Shown here: positions 1 to 12,850 of the stretch, in pieces
Numbering within the stretch: position 1 is the first letter of the stretch
Layout of the letters: every line of letters begins with the position of its first letter
NCBI GenBank assembly: GCA_051530055.1
Contig: CM121341.1
Span: forward strand, 1,426,001-1,490,000
From: Neoechinorhynchus agilis
Lineage: Eukaryota; Animalia; Acanthocephala
DNA: 64,000 nt
Direction: 5' to 3'
Notes under the pieces: generated by a model
What the model was told of the DNA's origin: nothing
Database searches by the model: none
Seen by the model: the letters and a program-made list of their open reading frames with translations, nothing else
Program-made: the position numbers and the translations under genes

Positions 1-3000
1 TTTTCCTCAAGTCATCAAGAACGGAAAAGTTTATTCCCAAAACTATTGTAAAAGCTGCGGTGGAACGGAGGAACGTACTTTGCACTGAGCGATCCTTCTT
101 CCAATCCATGGAGGTTAAATTTACTTCAGACGAGATTTCGCATTACGACGACTATTACTATCCTCGGTGCAGTGGGTGTCAATGTTGTGGACATTGGGAG
201 AAGAGGTGCCCGCCCAAGGTCACGCGATGCGCTTTTTGTGGCCAAGACGACCACAGTACCAAATGTGACAAAAAGAAAAGGCACTGCTCAAACTGCGATC
301 GAGATGGACATTGTGCGTTCTCGAAGAATTGTGAAGCATTTAAGGAATATGTTGGGTGGGCGAGACTGCTTGGATTCAACGGAAATAATTCATCCGACAC
401 TCGAGTTGCCCAGAATAGTTGAAATGCGACAAAGGACAAACCCATAAGAGGATCTGCAACAACCATTACAACCATAAAAACATACCCAAGGCAACAACTG
501 GGTACATCCAAAGATGTTAATAATCTACGAACGACTTATGATGACACCTTGGAAAAGAAGTTGGCTGATTTCTCCGCTAAAATCCTCGACATGGTCGATC
601 TACGAATCACCGCGGCCATTCAGGGTCTTGAGAGGAGACTGTCTGCCCAGTTAAACGGTCTCATCGAAACTCTCTCGACAAAATTCAAAGATATTCAGAT
701 CGCGACCGGGGTAGCTCCAGCACCCTGCAAACGCAGTCGAGCACTGGTTTCAAGTAGCAACGGTGTAGACGATGTGGATATGTACGAGGCCGAGGAGTTC
801 GTGAGCAACATCATAAGCGAACAAACCCAGGTTTGTGCTGACGGGGTCCAAAATCTCATCAAGGGTAGGTCTCAATGGAATTGAGAATTGCGCAGTGGAA
901 CGCAGGCGGGCTTCTAGGTATTCCTGACCTTTTGTCTGAAGCACGGAGAAGTGATATTACTTTTATCCAAGGAACTAAGTCGCTGTACTCTCGTAATAAC
1001 CTCCCGAATAGTTTTAATATTTTATCTAGTGAATACTCTTTATTTTGTACAAAATCCCTTTTAAACCACTCTCAAGGCTTATTATCCATTTTTAAACCTT
1101 GCCTCCAACCAACCCTAATTTCCGAGTTTACTTCCCCAGATTTGTCTTACGCTTTATTTTCAATACGTTTCTTGGGGAGGAAATTGCTCTTAGGTAATTT
1201 CTATGTTAAACCTAGGAAAATACACCTCACTCATAATAAAGATCTTATAAAAAATGTTTTAGCATCCGGAATTGACTTTTGCTTCGTAGATTTCAACGAC
1301 CCTTCTCACAAATGGATAAAGGCCATTTTACGTTCGGATGATACCCATGACCATATTGTCCCTGCGGATCCCACGTTTACGGACGGCAGGTCTCATTCTT
1401 TTCTAGATTTGTGTCTTGCTCGAAGTAACTCATTCGTTAAACCCAAACTGGTTTCTCAATCATCAATTTTCCGTATTGCTGGACATGATATCTTAGTGTG
1501 GGAATTGGGACGAAATATTCTGTTGAGCCGTAGATTTAAATTTTTAACGCTGCCATAAATTTTGCTTTCACTTTTGGCGCTTTTGAACGGCTCAAGGACT
1601 TAAATGAATTTGTGGTCACTGCTAGTGACTCGATTTTAACAACGGTCTCGAGAAGTATCGGGTCGGAAATGCAGAAACCAAGATTATTCTCCCTGTATGG
1701 CAGACAACTTTTTTTGCTAACACAATCGATGATCGGGAGTCGATTAAGTTTTGGTCCTCTTTATACTGGCCCTGTAGAACTCGATTTCAAATAGCTTGCG
1801 ACAATAAGCGAATTAGCTATTTTATGCCTTATTCCTCTCCTTGGTAGCATGTCGTTGCACCAAAAAGATTTTGTCCGTGGAAAAGGGCCGCAGCGAGTTG
1901 GATTAAAACCTCGGGGTGGGACAATGTTATTTGCGCACTTTGTATTGAACATTGTAATGGAGCAAGTAATGTCCCAGTCTTCAATAATTCTATTCAAATT
2001 AAGCCTCGTAGTTTTGATTTATGCTGGAATGATTTTATCATTTGATGGGGTTCAAGAAATCTTACATCGACTGGAGCTTGCGACATAAGCGAATTAGCTA
2101 TTTTATGCCTTATTCCTCTCCTTGGTAGCATGTCGTTGCACCAAAAAGATTTTGTCGTGGAAAAGGGCCGCAGCGAGTTGGATTAAAACCTCGGGGTGGG
2201 ACAATGTTATTAGCGCACTTTGTATTGACATTGAATGGAGCAAGTAATGTCCCAGTCTTCAATAATTTTATTCAAATTAAGCCTCGTGTTTTGATTTATG
2301 CCGGAATGATTTTATCATTTGATGGGGTTCAAGAAATCTTACATCGAACATTGGAGCTTGCGACAGTAAGCGAATTAGCTATTTTATGCTACCTCTCCTT
2401 GGTAGATGTCGTTGCACCAAAAAATTTTGTCCGTGAAAAGGGCCGCAGGATGGATTAAAACGGGGTGGGACAATGTTATTTGCGCACTTTGTATTGAATT
2501 GAATGAGCAAGTAATGTCCCAGTCTTCAATAATTTTATTCAAATTAAGCCTCGTCGTTTTGATTTATGCCGGAATGATTTTATCATTTGATGGGGTTCAA
2601 GAAATCTTACATTATTTTATGCCCTATTCCTCTCCTTGGTAGCATGTCGTTGCACCAAAAAGATTTTGTCCGTGGAAAAGGGCCGCAGCGAGTTGGATTA
2701 AAACCTCGGGGTGGGACAATGTTATTTGCGCACTTTGTATTGAACATTGTAATGGAGCAAGTAATGTCCCAGTCTTCAATAATTCTATTCAAATTAAGCC
2801 TCGTAGTTTTGATTTATGCTGGAATGATTTTATCATTTGGTGGGGTTCAAGAAATCTTACATCCAACAATGGTTCTTCCCCTGTTTCAAAGCCACCAACG
2901 TTCTCAATCAATCATCACTTCGTTCGCTGAGCACATGTTGGCAGCATCCCCTGATGAATGGTCTCAGATAAACATAGCGAAAAGAATATTTCTCTGTAAA

Positions 3001-3900
3001 AAAGGTAGGGCTGTTTCTTTACCTAGTGATGTGAGACCTCTCTCCATTCAGAATTCGTTTGTTTCCATATACGAGCGAGTTTTGGCCAAAATTATAATGG
3101 ATTTTTCTTTTAAACATAACCTTATTGATGAGCGCTGTCATGGTTTCCTCCCAGGGAAATCTGTTCATACTGCAATTGCTCAAATAATAGATAACCTTTT
3201 TAGTCACCCCAAGTCAACAAACATTCTTATCTCTTTCGATATTTCTAAAGCTTTTGATAATATTGACATTGCTTTTATGGTGAATATTTTAAAAAAAATT
3301 GTTTTCCTTTTAATATAATTGCTAGGATGAACAACATCCTGAAATGTAAACGATTTTTCTTTGAAGATGACCCATCAAGGTCTATATTCTATCAATCCAA
3401 AGGGATTCCTCAAGGCTCACCTTTATCACCCATACTTTTTTGCTTGGCAACTCAATTTTTGATTAAAAATTGCACGATTTGTCGTAGCGTCACTATGTAC
3501 GCCGATGACCTTACTGTAGTTATCAAAGAGTTAAATTATATGAGAGCACGTGCGAAACTGGTTGCCGTGCTGAACTTTTTAAAATCCCACCTACCTCAAA
3601 TGGGTCTCTCTTTGAATGAAAAGAAGACGAAATTTTTAATCAAATCTAAATCTCGAGTGGGCAAGAAGCACATCCGGGATTATATCAAGGGCTTAGAGCC
3701 AAGATATGTAAAGTAATATGTTGCTCTTGGGCTATTTCAGGCCTAGCTTTTTATTCCAGAGGAAGGCCTCCAGAACAACGCCAAAAATTCCGCTGTGTAT
3801 TCTTGAAAATCCTGTCGAGACTACCCCTTGAGTGGATTTCCTCAGCAGACTGGGCCAACAAATCCATGCAGTGGATCGGATTGTGACTTCCAAAAAAACG
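1..3900 (+). mobile_element. Degraded non-LTR retrotransposon (APE-RT LINE with zinc-knuckle ORF1; clade not resolved)
   Basis: ORF1 piece 60-422 has three CCHC-type knuckles (CQCCGHWEKRC, CAFCGQDDHSTKC, CSNCDRDGH). 875-1558 has APE motifs (QWNAGGL, DFN, PTF..GRSHSFLDL, GHD). RT motifs lie in 2860-3716 (RPLSI, GFLPGKS, DISKAFD, GIPQGSPLSP, YADD). Split by stops and frameshifts. Confidence 0.9.
1793..2863 (+). repeat. About 280-bp tandem repeat, roughly 4 copies, inside LINE ORF2
   Basis: Unit agcttgcgac...ggggttcaagaaatcttacat recurs near 1793, 2074, 2354 and about 2610. Middle copies carry many small indels. Confidence 0.9.
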
Positions 3901-4149
3901 GATAGTAACTAGTATAGAATGTTGCTTCAGTTATTCAGCGACAGCGTTCGATCCATGGTTTGCCTTTGCCGAATAAATTTTTTTTAAAGCTACTTGCGAA
4001 TTTTGTGAAGACGAGCAGCTGTCAGAATTATTTATGGTCAAACCGGAGCGTTTCATCGCTCACAAAAAATCGCTCTTCTTGAAAAAAGAGCGCAACGATC
4101 CTGTAAATCGCAAACGATATCAATGAGATTGTAGAGAATCGATGTTTTC

Positions 4150-5924
4150 TCAGTGACACTTGCATTCGTTTGGTATGATTTACTCAAGGTCTCAGCTCCA
4201 TATAACATGGCTGGTCAGATAGCGGTCTTGTAGACCCTAACTTTTTAGCAGCAGCGGCACTTTGTCATCGCACAAAATGCCGGTTAAGCTCCTCCATTTC
4301 ATCCATCCACTATTGATTCTGGATGAAATCTCCGCGGCGTTTTCGTTTCCCGTAGTCACTGTATAGTGTCGAGGTATATGAATTTATTTGATTTCCGCAG
4401 CAGGGCCCCTTGCAGCGAAACGTCCCAAGGCCCATGTAGACTGACTTCGTTCTCGAAATTCTCAGACCGTGACTTTCCATAGCATCCCTCCCTTTCTTTT
4501 TCGTGGCATTTCTCATACAAATGTCGTAGGGCGAACGCAGCTTCAGCAGAACTCCTGCGCCGATATAGAAGTTTCGCACCGTAGGCATCGATCGATTATC
4601 CGGTGGTACAACTTCATCGTATGGCTCATCAATTTGATCTATTTATAACTTGAACAAGCTCTTATATCCCCTTTCGGCTTGTATATCGGCACCAGTTTAC
4701 TCTTTCTCCATTCGTCTGACATTTTTCAGTAGAGAATATGCACTGGAACAGATTCCTTAATAGAGAAAATACGTCGACTCCGAGAACCTTCCAGACCTCT
4801 TTGGGTATTAGATCGGGGCTCGTCGATTTCCCGTTTTTCATTTTGGAAAATCCTGTTTTCACTCCGAACTCTCATATTGCGCTCAATAATCCTTCGCTAG
4901 GCTCGTGCTCCTTCACTCTCTCTGCTCCATTTTCATGATTTAGCATTTGATCGGAGGGTTACCTCCACCTTCTTTGGCCGCTCTCTCTTCGAAAACAATT
5001 TTCCCGTCCTTATCCTTTATCTGCTTAGCAATTGTAATACCATTCGATCGCTTATCTTTTATCGTCACCACTTTGAAGAAGTATGATCTACCCTTGTCTT
5101 CATGTAGCTTCAAATAGAAGACCGAATCTGCTTCTTGCCTTCGCTATAGCCACAGCTTTCTTAGCTTCGTTTTTGGCTTTGTTATATAGCTGCTTATTTG
5201 CCACGGATCGATCTGTATCCATTTCCTTCTTTGCTCTCTTTTTATCGGGGATCGCCCTTTGAACCTCATCGTTCCACCACCGTGTCTCTTGTTCCTTTCC
5301 TTTTCTACCCGTGGTCAACCCGAGAATTTCCCTGCCTGCTCTACCAAATTAACCCCGCCGACTCGGCTCACCATCTATCCGCGTCATTGATCTCAGGATT
5401 TAGACTGTTGACAATCTCTTCCCTGAATTTCTCGCGATACAGAGGTTGATCCAGTCGCCACCATTTGATTTTGGAGGAATCCTGTAATTGGGCGGCCTGA
5501 TATTCTTGATCTCCAGTCCTATGTACAATAATCGATGTTCGGAAGCTCAAGTTTCGCTGGGTATAGCTTTGACGGTCCACACTTCTCTCCATTTCTCTTC
5601 TGGACAAAGGATGTCGTCGATCTTTATCCGCCTTCCACCGCTGTTGTAGGTCACCAGTTGTCGTTCCAATTTCTTGAAGTAGGTGTCTGCTATTCCGAGA
5701 TTTTTTGCCAACGCAAAGTCCATAATACTTTCGCCCTCTGCATTACTGTTTCCAAAGCCTATCCCACCATGCACCAGCCTCCAGCTCGAATTTTCCGCTC
5801 CGACATGACCGTTGAAATCTCCACATACTACACATCGTTTCTCCTTGATTTCGTTCATCACATCATACATATCTTCCAAAAACTGGACTTTTTCTTGCTG
5901 CGTAAGGCCTGCTTGCGGAGCATA
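4150..5924 (-). mobile_element. RTE-clade non-LTR retrotransposon, family 1, copy A (5'-truncated, internal deletions)
   Basis: Near-identical reverse complement of 10625-12750. APE motifs YAPQ, GDFNGHVG. RT-region fragments. Confidence 0.9.
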
Positions 5925-6700
5925 AATGTAAGAAAATTGCGAATATTCGCTCAATCTCATTTCTTGTGATACGTTCATCAGAATTAGATTCGTAGCTTTT
6001 GTAAGATTTTATATTGCTCAAAGGTGATGGGATTGCAAAAACACTTTTTATTTCTCTGTTTTTGAAGAAAAAACCATGAACCACGCAGGCCTGCTGATAA
6101 TAAATTATACGATCTATTTTGTTTGAAACTTATATTCTTATTTTCGTTTATCAACTCTTGCAAATATAAATTTATAAAACATAAACGTTAAATGTCAAAT
6201 TTGAGTACGAAGACTCGTGAAAGGAGCTCTTTTAAGCCAATCAATAACCTCGTCTTTCAATGTAATCTACGTAGCTCGTTCTGTTAGGAATTACTAATAA
6301 GGACATCGAGAGAATATTTGTTAGCGCAAACTATGGATTGCGATTTTTTTCCATAAAATTAAAAAACCATTATAACGGATTTTTTTCTGAATGTCAATGA
6401 AGCTACGTAGCAATAATGATCTTACATTTTTTAAAAAATGTTTTTGTCCCAAAAAACTTACAAGCATTCTAGATCTGACTGAAGAAGGCCAACGAAAAGG
6501 CCGAAAATTTTCAATATAAATCAATTTTCTGAGTGAATATCGCTAGGTGAAATTGAAACATAATAATAACCTCGATATTTCGGAAAATGGCACAAAAACA
6601 TCGTGGGCATAAAATCGATATCTGAAATAAAAATATTCAAATTTATTTTAGTAGGTGACGCTGCCCAGTCCCTTGGAGATGCATTTGCACGCTTTTTACA
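5925..6700. repeat. Unclassified AT-rich interspersed repeat; direct copy at about 40170-40872
   Basis: Long co-linear match between the two loci. This copy has an extra insert of about 100 bp containing a Penelope 3'-end/hammerhead fragment at about 6468-6560. Confidence 0.8.
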
Positions 6701-6812
6701 ATGCTCTAAGTGGTTCAGAAAATAATGTTTGTGAATTTGCAAAATAATCGAACGTGTATGCATCAATTGCGCGTGAGCTTGGAAACGAAATAAAAGTTTA
6801 AAAGACGACTGA

Positions 6813-7270
6813 GGCGCAGAGGCGATTGTTCATTCACTCTGCACGCTCATCACCGAAAACTCAAAGCCATGTGTGGTCTTGAAATGCTATTTCAAAAATG
6901 CATTCAACACAGTTTACCGAGCAGATTTGCTCAGAGTAGTTACAAATCGGACTCCAACTCCCTCAACAACCACGTTTTGTTGTCAGAAAGCGGAGTTCAA
7001 CAAGGGATCCTTTGGGCGCAATAGAATTCTTACTTGCAGTCAATCCCGTCGCGCACTCACTCCAGTCCAGCTTTAACGGCTGGTACTTGGACGATGAAGC
7101 GCTCGGAGATAACCCCTCTGTTGTACTGCACGATTTGGAGACACTCGTGTAGGAGACGGCGAAATTTGGCATTAAATTGAACGCTGCGAAATGCGAGATT
7201 TTAGTGATGAACGTGGAAGATGAGGCGTCCAGACAAACTATCCTTAATTGGAAGTAGAAGGAGTGATTTA
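6813..7270 (+). mobile_element. CRE-like (REL-type) non-LTR RT fragment
   Basis: Near-identical to 37645-37975. Motifs VLKCYFKNAFNTV and NGWYLDD. Confidence 0.7.
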
Positions 7271-7654
7271 AGCCCAAGGAAAGCTCTTTGTTCGAATTCG
7301 CTTTGAGAAGCAAATACAAGAAAAGTGCTAACATCTTTTGCCTTTTGAGAGACGGTTGCGGGAGTACCATCCTGCGCGCTGTCGTCGTCACATTCCCCAT
7401 AACACAATCAAAGTGTATCTATAGCCGTTAGAAATCGTTCAGATAAAACCTAAAGGTAAATTCACGTTGTCGTCTCGTTTGAAATTTTAGCTTGTTGTTT
7501 TAAAATTTTTTATCGCACTATAGAGGTTTTTGTTCGTGATAAAAAAGTCACATACTCAAGCGATCGCCCAAGACAATTGTATATTTCGACCGATTGAATC
7601 AAATTTAAAATGAATGATTCAAATCTAAAAATAAGGACGCAAGGTCAAAATCAG

Positions 7655-7770
7655 ACGACACGAGTGTTCGTTTAACACTGGAACCTGGGATGTTCTCAAC
7701 ACCGCAGGCGGCATTTTGGCTAACCAAAAGGTCCGGGTTCCCAAGTCAAACGATCACTCCGTCGTGCACT
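7655..7770. repeat. Small fold-back (MITE-like) element downstream of the importin-4 stop
   Basis: Imperfect inverted arms of about 30 bp ending in GGAACC/GGTTCC enclose three short hairpins (TGTT/AACA, CCG/CGG, TTTTGG/CCAAAA). Confidence 0.55.
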
Positions 7771-7897
7771 TCAAGACAATCTTTCCATGCAGTAAAAAAC
7801 CGATTCAAATTTGTTCGTTTATTTTTTGCCGATGTGCGAATGTCTTCTTAATTCCGTTAATGTGTTTTTCTGACTAACGCGCACATATTCGTTAGTC

Positions 7898-10220
7898 TTA
7901 CTGCTCCTGTCGCAATTTCGACTCCAAGATCACCTTTTGCTCGTCGCTATAGTTTTCTAGAGCCTTTAAGACAATCGCTTTTTTGTATTCTGTTTGCCAA
8001 ACTAAATATTTAATCACAGCAAGTTTCCCCTCTTGTGACAGATCCGAGTCGTCATCCTTTACAATAAGACTAAAAGCGATTCTAACCAACCGGTCAACCA
8101 AATCGTCAGTGTCCGCAAAACTCGCCTTAATAATGACTGGTTGAATAAGAGCTTCATACAGAGGTCCATAATTCTCAAGATCCTTCCGTAATGGCAACAT
8201 ACTTATTGCGAATTCGAACACGGCACGCATGGACGCTTCGTCGTTTGGCGAATATTGGGCGATTGTGTTCAATATTTGGCCCGTACAACCGCATAAATTG
8301 TCTCTTAGTGATGATTTCTTTGATTCTCCTTGTGTAGCGATTGGCGCGCGATTCTTCACAATCTCGTGTAGTTTGTTAAGAATGTTAGAGAAATGCGGAG
8401 CACAGAATTCCGGCTTCTTAGAAACTAACACACGTATACCGTATATGCAATTTTGGACGAGTTCTTCATGATTATCATTTAAGAAAGTGTCGAATACCTC
8501 AAGGGCCAACTGAGGCTCCATGAATATTCGGTCCTGATTGTTAAGAGTACAGGCCAAAGTAGCTAAGATGAACGATTTACGAGTTGAATTGCCTTGCTTG
8601 AGCTGGTTCAATAAATGACCAATGCAACTTGTGAAGACTCGTTCAAATGTCTCACATGTGTGTTGGTCTTGATTAAGAGCATTTGCGCACGTTGGAAGGA
8701 GATCGCCGGCTGCTTCGGTCACAAGTGAGTCCAATTCTGGTTCCTCCCCGTCTGATTCAGGATCAGCTGTATCTTTAAAGCATTCCACCTTAAGGAGATT
8801 ACACAGGTCGTTACAGAAAAATCAGAACAATTTTAATGAATTGTAAGAGATGCGTTTTAGAAGAAAAACCCCAGAAACCTGTCTAAATCTCCAATGTACG
8901 CATTAGAACGCTTTCAATGAGGTTTGCAACGTGATCGACGGGAATAACCGAGAAAAATGACTTATCGAAACCACCAACCAAAATTTGAATTGCATTGAGA
9001 GCACTGGAGGCAAATGAGTGTTGATTGGCAGTTCGAACCTTTTCTTCAAGTTCTTGGTAGGTCTTTTTTAGAAGCGTTTCAATTCTTTGTTCATTGACAG
9101 CACCGGCAGGCAATGGCTTTCCTTCTTTAACAGTTTTTGAAGCGACATTATAGCACATTACGAGAAGACAGCATGCACATCGGGCTGCACTGTTTTGTAT
9201 ATCCTCTTCCGGATGGTCAAGCTGACGATGAACCAAAGTCCAAAGGCGATCAAAATGACCGACTAGTTTTAGTTCTGCATTAATAGCCAAATCGGATATC
9301 ATTCCAAGAGCACTTGATCGCTCATCAGCGTAATCGCGTTCAAAAAGTTCAAACTCGTCATCATCGCTGGAATCATCTTCATCGTCATCGTCGTCGTCAT
9401 CATCGTCGTCGTCGTCCATATCGGAATCGTCTAAATGAAGACCGTTTTCATGATCACCACCGATATCAATATCGTCCGAATTGCTGCTAGCTCCGTTTCG
9501 TAAACTTGGTAATTTAATATCGCCATCAATCGCAAACGTCTTTCCTGTGCATTCGACGAGACTATGAACGAGTTGGTCGCTGATGTTCTCCTTGTAAATA
9601 TTCGTAAGAGCAGCCAAAACGTCATAGGCACCACTTCGTTCAGCAGCATCGGCATCCTCATTATGAAGAAGAGCTGATGCGAATTCAGCGGCGCTGTCGG
9701 AATGAGCTCGAACTTGAGGAGTATTGGCGTATCGAAATACAGTTGATAATGCCGACAATGCTTCAGTGAACGCCGGTTGTTCATTTGTGACGTCTCTGGG
9801 TTTTAGACACTGACTAAGAACGGCAAGAAGGTCATTGACCCATGGTTCAATCAATTGATCAACGGCAGATACAGCAAAACTGAGACTTTCGAACACAAAC
9901 TCTTGCAATCGTACTGATTGATTGTTCTTTTGAATATAGAAAAGTCGATGGAAGAGATCGTTGAGATAATCGACCAAATCATTGTCTAAACATTCACATG
10001 CTTCTTCAATGGAATAAAATAGTCGACTGATGAACAATTGAGTGTCGGCATCAGCTTGTTCGTAATTAATATCCTTTACTTTTGTAAGAGCTTCTAGTAT
10101 AACTGGCATGAAAATAGGTCCATATTGATTTGCATTTCCTTCGACATATGACAAAAGTTCTCCGAGTGCAAAAAGAGCACTTAGACTCACAATGCTTTCG
10201 AAATTCCGCACGAAACTCAC
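7898..10220 (-). CDS. IPO4: Importin-4 (karyopherin beta family), C-terminal about 738 aa; predicted exons 10220-8896 and 8789-7898; N-terminus not found in window
   Basis: HEAT-repeat protein with SALFALG, an acidic loop followed by DERSSALG, ELDSLVTEAAGDLLP and LRDNLCG, matching remembered IPO4 motifs. Confidence 0.8.
8790..8895 (-). other. Predicted non-canonical hairpin intron (106 nt) in IPO4
   Basis: Inverted repeats at 8794-8808 and 8877-8892. Removal after exonic TAC gives VLMRT-VECFKD, compared with remembered human VLQRKTACQD. Confidence 0.65.
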
Positions 10221-12850
10221 ACCAGAAACATGATCAGGCAGACTAAAAAACGTACAGGGATTAAGGCGTTCCCTGTATGCGACGCACAGAGAACCCGTCC
10301 AATCTCCGTCGATAAGTTATCAAATGGACAAAGATTGAACAAACCGAGAGTTGTATCGTTAAATGTGGGGACGATGACAGGTAAAGCGATGGAGGTGGTT
10401 GATATGCTGAAGAGATGGAGGATCTAAATCCTATGTGTCCGGGAACTGAGATGCAAAGGAGTCAAGGAGCGCGACCTAGGTGATGGTTTCAAGCTATTCT
10501 ATAATGGGTCGAAATGGAATTGGTATTGTCCGGGGCAATAAACATACTGATGGAGTTATCGAGGTATACGATAATGTGGATGAGGATGGAACTGGGAGAA
10601 CAATGCTTGATGATCGTCTCTTGCTATGCTCCGCAAGCAGGCCTTACGCAGCAAGAAAAAGTCCAGTTTTTGGAAGATATGTATGATGTGATGAACGAAA
10701 TCAAGGAGAAACGATGTGTAGTATGTGGAGATTTCAACGGTCATGTCGGAGCGGAAAATTCGAGCTGGAGGCTGGTGCATGGTGGGATAGGCTTTGGAAA
10801 CAGTAATGCAGAGGGCGAAAGTATTATGGACTTTGCGTTGGCAAAAAATCTCGGAATAGCAGACACCTACTTCAAGAAATTGGAACGACAACTGGTGACC
10901 TACAACAGCGGTGGAAGGCGGATAAAGATCGACGACATCCTTTGTCCAGAAGAGAAATGGAGAGAAGTGTGGACCGTCAAAGCTATACCCAGCGAAACTT
11001 GAGCTTCCGAACATCGATTATTGTACATAGGACTGGAGATCAAGAATATCAGGCCGCCCAATTACAGGATTCCTCCAAAATCAAATGGTGGCGACTGGAT
11101 CAACCTCAAGAGATTGTCAACAGTCTAAATCCTGAGATCAATGACGCGGATAGATGGTGAGCCGAGTCGGCGGGGTTAATTTGGTAGAGCAGGCAGGGAA
11201 ATTCTCGGGTTGACCACGGGTAGAAAAGGAAAGAAACAAGAGACACGGTGGTGGAACGATGAGGTTCAAAGGGCGATCCCCGATAAAAAGAGAGCAAAGA
11301 AGGAAATGGATACAGATCGATCCGTGGCAAATAAGCAGCTATATAACAAAGCCAAAAACGAAGCTAAGAAAGCTGTGGCTATAGCGAAGCAAGAAGCAGA
11401 TTCGGTCTTCTATTCGAAGCTACATGAAGACAAGGGTAGATCATACTTCTTCAAAGTGGGGAAGATAAAAGATAAGCGATCGAATGATATTACAATTGCT
11501 AAGCAGATAAAGGATAAGGACGGGAAAATTGTTTTCGAAGAGAGAGCGGTCAAAGAAGGTGGAGGGAACCCTTCGATCAAATGCTAAATCATGAAAATGG
11601 AGCAGAGAGAGTCAAGGAGCACGAGCCTAGCGAAGGATTATTGAGCGCAATATCAGAGTACGAAGTGAAAACAGGACTTTCCAAAATGAAAAACGGGAAA
11701 TCGACGAGCCCGGATCTAATACTCATAGAGGTCTGGAAGGTCCTCAGAGTCGACGTATTTTCTCTATTAAGGAATCTGTTCCAGTGCATATTCTCTACTG
11801 AAAAATGTCGGACAAATGGAGAAAGGGTAAACTGGTGCCGATATACAAGCCGAAAAGGGATATAAGAGCTTGTTCAAGTTATAAATAGATCAAATTGATG
11901 AGCCATACGATGAAGTTGTACCACCGGATAATCGATCGACGCCTACGGTGCGAAACTTCTATATCGGCGCAACAGTTTGGATTTATGCCTGGTAGGAGTT
12001 CTGCTGAAGCTGTGTTCGCCCTACGACATTTGTATGAGAAATGTCACGAAAAAGAAAGGAAAGTGCACAGCGTCTTCATCGATCTCGAAGAAGGCTACGA
12101 CACTGTCCCGATGCAATTGGTATGGAATTAGCTGAGAAGAAAGCTCTGTCCCGAGAAATATGTGAGAGCGATACAGGACATGTACAGGAAGAGCAACATC
12201 GGCATCAGGACGCCAGTCGGAAATACGGATAGCCTCCGCGTAAATGCAGGATTGTATCAAGGTTCAGCACTGAGTCCTTATTTGTTGGTATTGATTATGG
12301 ACGAGATCAGCAAATCGATCAGTAAAGGCTCGCCGTGGAATATGCTTTTCGCATACGACATTGTCCTCTCCTGTTATACTGCCCAGGAAATTGACAATGA
12401 CCGGGAGAAATGGAGGGATGCTATGGAAAGTCACGGTCTGAGAATTTCGAGAACGAAGTCAGTCTACATGGGGCCTGGGGACGTTTCGCTGCAAGGGGCC
12501 CTGCTGCGGAAATCAAATAAATTCATATACCTCGACACTCTACAGTGACTACGGAAAACGAAAACGCCGCGGAGATTTCATCCAGAATCAATAGTGGATG
12601 GATGAAATTGAGGAGCATAACCGGCATTTTGTGCGATGACAAAGTGCCGCTGCTGCTAAAAAGTTAGGGTCCACAAGACCGCTATCCGACCAGCCATGTT
12701 ATATGGAGCTGAGACCTTGAGTAAATCATATCAAACGAATGCAAGTGTCTGAAATGAACATGCTCCGGCGGATGTCAGGTTATAGTAGGCGTGACACGAT
12801 CCCAAATCTGGCGATTCGTGGCTACACAAAAGTTCAAGATGTCAAGGAAA
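10207..12850 (+). mobile_element. RTE-clade non-LTR retrotransposon, family 1, copy B (degraded, most of ORF)
   Basis: APE motifs (LNVGTMTG, YAPQ, GDFNGHVG) and RT motifs (QQFGFMPGRSS, FIDLEEGYD, GLYQGSALSPYL, FAYDIVL, GLRISRTKS). Confidence 0.92.

Noticed and set aside
7680-7741. tRNA gene (cloverleaf-like fold)
   Set aside because: No correctly placed D-loop or T-loop consensus and no 7-nt anticodon loop on either strand.
9350-9440. Trinucleotide microsatellite
   Set aside because: It is the in-frame Asp/Glu-rich loop of importin-4.
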